The notes under the pieces were generated by a model. The model made no database searches. It was given only the letters and a program-made list of their open reading frames with translations, and had not been told where the DNA came from. The translations under genes and the position numbers were made by a program. Shown piece by piece: positions 14,346-25,556 of a stretch of 64,000 nt of DNA. The stretch covers positions 69,626,001 through 69,690,000 of the forward strand of contig NC_083285.1 of assembly GCF_963506605.1 (NCBI RefSeq). The letters are read 5' to 3'. This DNA comes from Zootoca vivipara. Its lineage: Eukaryota. Numbering within the stretch: position 1 is the stretch's first letter; each line of letters starts with the position of its first letter.

Positions 14346-14760
14346 AGACACACAGGGAAGAAACCATATAAATGTATGGCATGTGGAAGGAACTTCAGTC
14401 AGAGGGGAGCCCTTGATTTAAGTCAAGAAACTTACACAAGAGACAAACCATGTAAATGTCAGGAAAGTAGATAGAGGGTCAGTCCTAGTGGAAGTCCTGT
14501 ATCAACAGACTCATGAGCACGAAGAACTTTAATAGTTTAACCGTACAAACCCATCAACAACTCAAGAGGAGAAGCAGTTTAAATGGAAAGATTTGCAGAA
14601 AGTGCTTTTGTTATAATGGAGTGTTTAAGAAACATCTTGGGACTCTCACAGGGGAGAACCCATTTAGATGTATGGAATGTGGGACATGTTCCTCTCAGAA
14701 TCCCTTCTTTTCTTCACAGCAATGAACTCAGCAGGAAATCAGTCTTCAAAGCATGATGTG

Positions 14761-15416
14761 TAAAAATAAAATAAAAGCACAGCCGAGAGAGGGGCAGACG
14801 CAGACGGCTTTCTCTCCCCTTCGCCCCAAATGCTTTAATTTCCCCTCAAACGCGGCCTGTCTGGACGGAGGAATCGAGGCTCTCGTTCGCTCGCTCGGCT
14901 TTGTGGGCGTTGTAGTTTCCCTTTCCCTCCTCCCTGCGCGGTATTAGAGACGGCTGTGTCGGGACGGGGGGTGGGTGGGCCGTGGCGGGCCAGGAGCGTG
15001 TCCTGCTCAGCTGTGTGTGTGCGTGTGTGTGTGTAAGAGAGAGAGAGCGCGAGCGCGCGCGAAGGGAAAAAGCAGCAGCCGTGAGAGGGGAAAGTTGCGG
15101 CTGCGTTTCCCTCCAGTGACTGCCTGAGATGGTTTGCTGTGGCGACGGGCGGGCGGTTTGTGTGTGTGTGTGTGCGCGAGAGAGAGAGAGAGAGAAGCGC
15201 ACGGGTCTATCCCGCAGCCTCCTCCTTCTCGCACTGCTGCTTAGAAGCGAGTGGTTGGCGACCGCAAACGGTAGGCAGAAGGGTTGGGGGGAGAGAGCGC
15301 GCGCCTGCGTTCCAAGTCTCTGGTCCAATCCATGTATCCCTGGGGTACATGCGCAGTACCCCAGGGACACACGGGACAACTGGACGCAGGGACAACTTGG
15401 ACATTATTATATAGGA
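14761..15416 (-). mobile_element. Helitron 5' half, truncated at a rearrangement junction
   Basis: Matches about 24298-24948. Lacks the CTAG/hairpin end. Confidence 0.88.
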
Positions 15417-16050
15417 TGTGGGACATGTTCCTCTCAGAATCCACTCTTTTCTTCACAGCAATGAACTCAGCAGGAAATCAGTCTTAAAAGCATGATGTGT
15501 ATGTGAAGTTCTTGTGTTTATATGTAAAACTGAACAGTAATGAAATATTGAAGGCAATGTCTCACAATAGGGAGTATAATTTTAGATGTAAGATACCTTT
15601 TGATAGAGAGGGAAAATCTGAATTGCTGGTGGGGAGTGAGGATTAGGGCTGGGCCATATATTAATAGCTCGTCCATACCGGTTTCTAGACCACATCACGA
15701 TAACCTTTGAAAAACAATTGATATGGCAATAAACCACGAATCACAGTGTGTGTTTCTAGGATGTACCTGGAAGCAGCCGGCAGAAAACTTTGCTTCGTGA
15801 AGCCCCTGCACATGCCCAGTTGCTGACTTCCCTCCCAGACGACAGGAAGCGAAACACACACCTCCATTGCCCTGTGTCGTTCCAGCCTCTTTCCTCCCTT
15901 GCTCCCTTCTGCCGGTTTGTGTGCCTGACCTAGATATACTGTGGGTGTATTTTTTTACTGCCAAAACTGGATTTTGTGCCTCACTGGGGACCCACTGAGA
16001 ACTGTATGCTTTGAACCCTCAGTAAACTATAACTGAAGAAGTCCTGCTTC

Positions 16051-16130
<80 letters not shown>

Positions 16131-16220
16131 TGACCTCTGCATGGGAATTGCTCTGCACGTGGCCCCTTCCCCGCTGATACTTAGTTCATGCCCTGGAGTT
16201 GCTGTACTCAAGCATGCAAG

Positions 16221-16268
<48 letters not shown>

Positions 16269-16776
16269 CTGGTTTTTCCACCAAACTCTGTCCCCCCTCC
16301 CCCCACCACATGATCTCCAAACACTGCTTCTTCACTAGAACTTATCCCTGCCTCCTACATATTCTGAAGAAAACTTTAAATTCTGTAATTTAATGGGAGA
16401 TTCCCCGCCCCTAAGCCTAATTGCAAGAGGGGGAAGGAGGGGCTGCAGGTACCAGGGAAGTCTCCGGGGGGGGGTCCATCTTCACTCATGAACCCCATGG
16501 GGCAGCCCCAGAGCTGCTGCTTATTCTGGGGTTTGGGGGTGATAGTACTTTCCCATTGTCCCAGAGGTTTTTATTCTTCCAGCTAGAGGACCACAGTGCA
16601 TATTGTTATTGTACTGATTTTATTGTTGTTGTTGCTGCTGCTGTCATTGACTGGCAGGGTGGAAGGGGGTGGGGAGGCACCAGCTGGGGAAATGACAAGG
16701 GAAGAAGGCTTGGATCCCGGGTGTTGTATGCCCCCAAAGGCTATCAAAACTCCTAACTCTAGGTCTAGCCAGTGTG

Positions 16777-17729
16777 TTGTTGTTTAGTCGTTTAGTCGTG
16801 TCCGACTCTTCGTGACCCCATGGACCAGAGCACGCCAGGCACTCCTGTCTTGCACTGCCTCCCGCAGTTTGGTCAAACTCATGTTCGTAGCTTCGAGAAC
16901 ACTGTCCAACCATCTTGTCCTCTGTCGTCCCCTTCTCCTAGTGCCCTCAATCTTCCCAACATCAGGGTCTTTTCCAAGGATTCTTCTCTTCTCATGAGGT
17001 GGCCAAGGTATTGGAGCCTCAGCTTCACGATCTGTCCTTCCAGGGAGCACTCAGGGCTGATTTCCTTAAGAATGGATAGGTTTGATCTTCTAGCAGTCCA
17101 TGGGACTCTCAAGAGTCTCCTCCAGCACCATAATTCAAAAGCATCAATTCTTCGACGATCAGCCTTCTTTATGGTCCAGCTCTCACTTCCATACATCACT
17201 ACTGGGAAAACCATAGCTTTAACTATACGGACCTTTGTAGGCAAAGTGATGTCTCTGCTTTTTAAGATGCTGTCTAGGTTTGTCATTGCTTTTCTCCCAA
17301 GAAGCAGGCGTCTTTTAATTTCGTGACTGCTGTCACCATCTGCAGTGATCAAGGAGCCCAAGAAAGTAAAATCTCTCACTGCCTCCATTTCTTCCCCTTC
17401 TATTTGCCAGGAGGTGATGGGACCGGTGGCCATGATCTTGGTTTTTTTGATGTTGAGCTTCAGACCATATTTTGCGCTCTCCTCTTTCACCCTCATTAAA
17501 AGGTTCTTTAATTCCTCCTCGCTTTCTGCCATCAAGGTTGTGTCATCTGCATATCTGAGGTTGTTGATATTTCTTCCGGCAATCTTAATTCCGGCTTGGG
17601 ATTCATCTAGTCCAGCCTTTCGCATGATGAATTCTGCATATAAGTTAAATAAGCAGGGAGACAATATACAACCTTGTCGTACTCCTTTCCCAATTTTGAA
17701 CCAATCAGTTGTTCCATATCCAGTTCTAA
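16777..17729 (-). mobile_element. 5'-truncated RTE-BovB LINE (RT C-terminal part and 3' UTR)
   Basis: GVRQGCILSP..NLRYADDTTLMAESEEELK. (CAA)n tail. 12-bp TSD CTAGCCAGTGTG at 16765-16776 and 17730-17741. Confidence 0.95.
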
Positions 17730-17731
17730 CT

Positions 17732-17980
17732 AGCCAGTGTGGTGTAGTGGTTAAGAGCAGTAGACTAGACTCGTAATCTGGGGAATCAGGTTCGAGTCTC
17801 CACTCTTCCACATGCAGCTGCTTGGTGACCTTGGTCTAGTCACACTTCTCTGAAGTCTCTCAGCCTCACTCACCTCACAGAGTGTTTGTTGTGGGGGAGG
17901 AAGGGAAAGGAGAATGTTAGCCGCTTTGAGACTCCTTCAGGTAGTGATAAAGCAGGATATCAAATCCAAAATCCAAACTC
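17732..17980 (+). mobile_element. tRNA-derived SINE with BovB inserted at its 5' end
   Basis: The SINE head forms the BovB TSD. Confidence 0.85.
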
Positions 17981-18423
17981 TAGGTCTGGCCAATAAAAGG
18001 CTGATATGGGAGCGGTTGGGGGCCAGGCTGGTTCTTTCTTTTTCACCTCTCCTCTGGAAAAGTGCTCTTTCTTTTGGGCTTTGATTACTTCTGCCTCCTT
18101 CAGTGCCCACGGCACCATCAACGAGGTACAATACTTTCCTTTGAACTTCTGTAGCCATGTAGGGCTCTCTCTCAGGACCGCTACCCAGGAGTCGGCGTAT
18201 GGAAACTGCTCCCAACATCCAGGGTGTTTTGTCACACTTCGAAAGATCTGGTTGGTTAGGTCCAGGTCCTACGAGCCCTGGGAGAGTGGGGCTGTTTGCA
18301 GGGAGTTCTCAGTCATTTGGGGTTCATCGCTCCACCGTACGTATTTGCGTTTGAATTTGCCAAAATTATTCACCATGCCTTGTAATGGAATCCATTCCTC
18401 CTATGAGTGTGCCCCCCCCCCAT
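17981..18423 (-). pseudogene. Fossil class I (gamma-like) ERV gag N-terminus: matrix and late-domain region
   Basis: Across frameshifts reads MGGAHS*EEWIPLQGMVNNFGKFKRKY-GGAMNPK*LRTPC..DLDLTNQIFRSVTKHPGCWEQFPYADSWVAVLRESPTWL..PPTAPISAFYWPDL. From memory this resembles HERV-E/MLV-type matrix (PLGTMLKNF..KLRTLC..GHPDQFPYIDTW..PPQWL). Confidence 0.75.
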
Positions 18424-18789
18424 TATGCCTCCTGCTTGAGTTGTCAGCCTTCAGTGCCCACGGCACCATCAGTGAGGTACAATTCTGCCCCCCATTCCTG
18501 GTGTTAAGAGCACCAAGACCTAAAACATGGATGGAGCATTCTGAGGTCATGGCGTGGAGTGGGGGAAGGAAGGATTTTGCAATGTAACCATTGTGGGGGG
18601 GGGGGCACTTTGCAGTTGGATTGCTGGGATCAGCCCCTCCCTCGCTCTCCTGATCCCCAGAAGGAAGAGGGGAGGGGGGAAACCTTCCTCTCCGCCCCCC
18701 ACTAAATTCCTCCCCTCCCCTCCTGGAACATCCTTGTCTCACTCCGCCCCTACAACCCCAAATCCCCTCCCCAATATGTTGCTCCTCCT

Positions 18790-19425
18790 CCTCGCCATCC
18801 GGCTTCTGTTCCGGGAATGGGGGGGGGGGAGGAGAGCCCCGTCCCAAACTGCCTGCTTCTCCCGGAAGTGGAGCTTCTACACCGGATTGCTCTTTTGCGC
18901 CGTAGCTCTAAGGGCGCGCGCTTTCGGAAAGGGGAGGAGGGGCGGCAGGGGAAACGCCCCCCCCCGTGGGAAAGAGAATCGGGAGCGAGGACGAAGAGGT
19001 AAAGGGGCCGCGGGGGGGGGGGAGAGAAAGGACCCAGAGACCCCCGCCAGCTCCCCAAAGCGCCATTCGTGGTTCCCGTCCGCATGGTGTCGATCCCTGC
19101 ACGCGTGCTGCGAAGGGGGCTTTCCTTGGTCCCTTAGGCGCCTTGGCGGGGGGGGGGGACATGGGGCGCCCACCCAGGGGGTCCCCACGAGGACCCCCCT
19201 TGCCCCGTTTCCCCCACGCAGGGATCCCTGAGACCCTCTGGTCTCTGCATTGAGAAAGGCGGGCCAGGAAAGGGTTAACGGGAGCGGGGGACGCCTGGAT
19301 AGAGACCCCCCCCTCGTCCCTTCTCTACTCGTCTTGGGGGGGGGGCTCCGGATGGAGAGACAAGGGGTGCGGAGGGGAGACACAGGGAAAGAGAGCGGAG
19401 GGCGAAGAAGTGGGGGGGGAACATC
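18790..19425 (+). promoter_or_regulatory. CpG-island promoter (paralogous copy, 3' part deleted)
   Basis: CCGGAAGTG and the first donor are retained. Confidence 0.62.
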
Positions 19426-19427
19426 CC

Positions 19428-19826
19428 TTATGCATTAAGTTAACTGCAGTACTTGTTCTGGGCAACGTGGCTGCAGTTCTCACTCAGGTCCACAACATGC
19501 AAATGATGGATTGAGAGTGCTGTTCACGGATTGGGTAGCTAGGGGGAGTTTGTTACTGTTGCAAATTACTGAATACTATATAAGACAGTCGGCTAACCAG
19601 TGTTTCCCAACCTTGTGCCTCCAGCTGTTTTTGGACTACAACTCCCATCATCCCTAGCTAGCAAGACCTTGGTCAGGAATGATGGGAATTGTAGTCCGAA
19701 AACAGCTGCAGGCACAAGGTTGGGAAAAACTGGGCTAAGCTACTGTTCAGTCTGGACTCAGAGCTAGAATAAAGAGCTGGCTGTTTTGAGAGCTGTGTCT
19801 TCATCCTTCTTAGCCACTATTCAACA
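19428..19826 (+). mobile_element. Solo LTR, 5' end clipped, MITE inserted
   Basis: Paralog of 9663-9894. Confidence 0.8.
19598..19732. mobile_element. hAT-like MITE (135 bp palindrome)
   Basis: TIRs CAGTGTTTCCCAACCTTGTGCCT / AGGCACAAGGTTGGGAAAAACTG. Flanking GGCTAA is duplicated. Absent from the other LTR copies. Confidence 0.85.
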
Positions 19827-21533
19827 CCAACCATTGGTCCCCCTGGAGAGGAGAGGAAATCCCAAGAGGAAGAGGGGAGGGGAAGCTTCCCGGAAGCGGC
19901 TCTTTGTTTCCACACTCCCACCCAGGAAGCAGCCAGAAGCCTTTCCCTCTCTCTCAGGCTTCCATCTTTAAGTGTCTTTTCCACTGCCTGGTTCATTGAG
20001 GATGAGGATAATGTACACCTGTCATAAGAAACAGGGGTGCAGAGTCCGTGGAAAGACTCTCAGGATTGATATAGAAGTTGCACCTCAAAAGCATTTCTGT
20101 TCCTCTTATTCTTTGGAGACGCAGGTCAGTATATTTGGCATCAGTTTGGCTGCAGGAGTTGCTGGACATCATCCAACGGTCTTAGAGAGGTTCTCCTCCA
20201 GAGCCTTTTCTTCTCCTGAGGATAACCCACGAGGCAGCGAAGGTTTAGGATCCGAGTTTTCCTTCTCAATGGGGTCCCTTCCCCAATTGACGAGCCCCAT
20301 CTTCCCTTCACTTTCCTCTGCAACATGGACAGAATCTGCCTTCTTGACTGAGGGATTCACTATTGTTCTCATCCTCTCCATCCACCAGGGCCTGCCTTCA
20401 CCTGCAGCAGAATTCCCCAACCCACCAAGGATTTGAGACCCATCAGCTATCCTCACCTGGTTTAGCCGGCCAGTTGAAGCCGTTGCTTGGATCACGGCCC
20501 CTGTTGCATACTGACACAGGTGAGCACTCAGTGCAGGGTGGGACCCCCCCCCCCAACATGTCGGCCACCAAAGGTACTACTACTCCCCTAACACCCCAAG
20601 ACATCCTATAATTATGATATTTAAGATGGATCAGGAATAAATTCATGTCCCCAGAAATAACACAACTTCTGGCCATTAATGAATCAATACTACATGTTCA
20701 AGGTTGAAGTTTCCCTTAAGTACAGTTATCCATTTGCCTTTAATATCAAGCTTTTTCAGTGCCAGATTAGGATAGTCCTGCGTCAGAAGAGGGGCACGAG
20801 GTCAGAAGAGGGGCACGAGGTCAGCACTTCATCATTATAAAGAACAATGGGAGTGGGTGTTTCCATCTGGGATTCCCATGTGCCAGCTGCTTTCCTTCCG
20901 CTTCTCCTGGCCTTTCCATGCAATGTGAGGCATGTAGACCACAGTCCCTGGAAAAGACGTAGACCTGGGTCTCACAGAATGGTCCACATGGACCTCCTGA
21001 GGCCAATGGGACTGTGCAGGGGATTCATGAAAATCTAGAGGGGGAAACGGGGGTGAATGGAGGATTATGATGCAGAGGATGGGAAATGTTCAAAGGAATG
21101 ATGAAGTGGAGAAAGAGAGGACCTGTTGATGGACAGAGAGCAGCTGCCTTTCCTGTGAGGAAAGAATAGATTTGAAAAGGCTGTATTCCCAGATCATGCT
21201 GCTTTATTAACGATGATTGAGGACTATGAAAGGTTGCTGGTGCATTACTATCATTTGATGACATTGCATCTTCATTTCCTAAAATCTGGGAACATGGGTG
21301 GAGAATGTAGGAGACATCGCAATAAGAGAGGTTGCTAATGGTGCTTGATGTGTTCTTTTTTTCTTTGTTCTCTTCCTTGAAACCCAAACAGGACTTCTTC
21401 TCAGCCCATTCTGAGGAAAGTGATGGAGAAGAGAAGTCAGAATTTCGGGGGAGGGAGAAACTTTCATTTCACTAGAAAAAAACGTTATAATGTGTGAAAA
21501 GTGGAATATGCTTCACTGAATGAGCACACATAG

Positions 21534-23501
<1,968 letters not shown>

Positions 23502-23807
23502 ATGTATGGCATGTGGAAGGAACTTCAGTCAGAGGGGAGCCCTTGATTTAAGTCAAGAAACTAACACAAGAGACAAACCATACAAATGTCAGGAAAGTAG
23601 ATAGAGGGTCAGTCCTAGTGGAAGTCCTATATCAACAGACTCTTGAGCAGGAAGAACTTTTATAGTTTAACCGTACAAACCCATCAACAACTCAAGAGGA
23701 GAAGCAGTTTAAATGGAAAGATTTGCAGAAAGTGCTTTTGTTATAATGGAGTGTTTAAGAAACATCTTGGGACTCTCACAGGGGAGAACCCATTTAGATA
23801 TATGGAA

Positions 23808-23961
23808 CTAGTGGAATTCAGCCCGTTTAGTAAACGGGCGCTAGCTGGGCGGGAACAGAGGGGAAGCCCTGGGACGGCGCAGGCGTCGCCTCCACCAGCG
23901 GGGATGTGCGTGGAAGACCCCAGGCTCCACCTGGGTGGTTTGCTGTGGCGGCGGGTGGGCG

Positions 23962-24028
<67 letters not shown>

Positions 24029-24948
24029 GAGCGGGGCTTTTCTGGGATGTGCCGCCTGCGCGAGCTAAGTGCGCATTGCAGCCAGGCTGGTGGCAAGTTT
24101 GCACTCAGGGTCACTGTGGAATAGGGAGGACTGAATGTATTGGGGGTGGGAAGGGTGGGGGGGTTGTGTGTGTGTGCGGTATGTGTGTGGAGAGAGATGT
24201 GGTGGTCAAGCCACTCCGGCTCCAGCCTCTTATCAAAAGGTTGCTGTGGATCCCGTTTCCCTAAGCAACACCCAATAAAAGCCTCCATAAAAAATAAAAA
24301 TAAAATAAAAGCACAGCCGAGAGAGGGGCAGACGCAGACGGCTTTCTCTCCCCTTCGCCCCAAATGCTTTAATTTCCCCTCAAACGCGGCCTGTCTGGAC
24401 GGAGGAATCGAGGCTCTCGTTCGCTCGCTCGGCTTTGTGGGCGTTGTAGTTTCCCTTTCCCTCCTCCCTGCGCGGTATTAGAGACGGCTGTGTCGGGACG
24501 GGGGGTGGGTGGGCCGTGGCGGGCCAGGAGCGTGTCCTGCTCAGCTGTGTGTGTGCGTGTGTGTGTAAGAGAGAGAGAGCGCGAGCGCGCGCGAAGGGAA
24601 AAAGCAGCAGCCGTGAGAGGGGAAAGTTGCGGCTGCGTTTCCCTCCAGTGACTGCCTGAGATGGTTTGCTGTGGCGACGGGCGGGCGGTTTGTGTGTGTG
24701 TGTGTGCGCGAGAGAGAGAGAGAGAGAAGCGCACGGGTCTATCCCGCAGCCTCCTCCTTCTCGCACTGCTGCTTAGAAGCGAGTGGTTGGCGACCGCAAA
24801 CGGTAGGCAGAAGGGTTGGGGGGAGAGAGCGCGCGCCTGCGTTCCAAGTCTCTGGTCCAATCCCTGTATCCCTGGGGTACATGCGCAGTACCCCAGGGAC
24901 ACACGGGACAACTGGACGCAGGGACAACTTGGACATTATTATATAGGA
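23808..24948 (-). mobile_element. Non-autonomous Helitron (paralogous copy)
   Basis: Same termini, hairpin and A|T site as 566-1716. Confidence 0.92.
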
Positions 24949-25128
24949 TGTGGGACATGTTCCTCTCAGAATCCACTCTTTTCTTCACAGCAATGAACTC
25001 AGCAGGAAATCAGTCTTAAAAGCATGATGTGTATGTGAAGTTCTTGTGTTTATATGTAAAACTGAACAGTAATGAAATATTGAAGGCAATGTCTCACAAT
25101 AGGGAGTATAATTTTAGATGTAAGATAC

Positions 25129-25556
25129 TGTCACAGTGGCCTGAGTGGACTACTTCAGAGTAACGACGCTACGCAGCTCTGCATTTTATTCTTTTATTGG
25201 TGCTGCGTATTTACAGTGCTCAAGTCATTGCTATTTACACGGAGCGATGTTGTCAGTCGGTTTCAGAACCTCCTAATGGCTTTTGGCGCGTCTTTCTCCA
25301 ACACAAAAGCTTTGGCAGACCCATCCTCTTGCCCCTCCTCTTCCTGCGTAATTCTGGAGTTGGAGGGATGGGTCTTCCCCCCTTGCTTGCCCCTTCCTGT
25401 CCCACCTGGGACCCTGGCTCCTCTACCTTGCCTGAGCCTCGGACACGACTTCCTGCTTCCCCACTGGAATCGGAACTCTCCCTGCTTTCCCCTTTGCTCG
25501 GGGACGGGCTTGAACTCAGGAGGGGAGGGACTTCGCGATATCCCCTGTCCCTCACA
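25129..25556 (-). repeat. 3' LTR of the Gypsy element
   Basis: No differences seen by eye from 30514-30941. Purine-rich PPT (minus strand GGGAGGGGGGTGGA) abuts it at 25557-25570. Confidence 0.95.

Noticed and set aside
6488-14760. Whole 8-kb unit as a ZNF-carrying transposon
   Set aside because: No unit-bounding termini, TSDs or transposase. The Helitron is internal and absent from B and C units.
16879-17811. 310-aa ORF as a SINE-RT fusion gene
   Set aside because: Chance in-frame join of the antisense SINE head, with a non-ATG start, to a truncated BovB RT.
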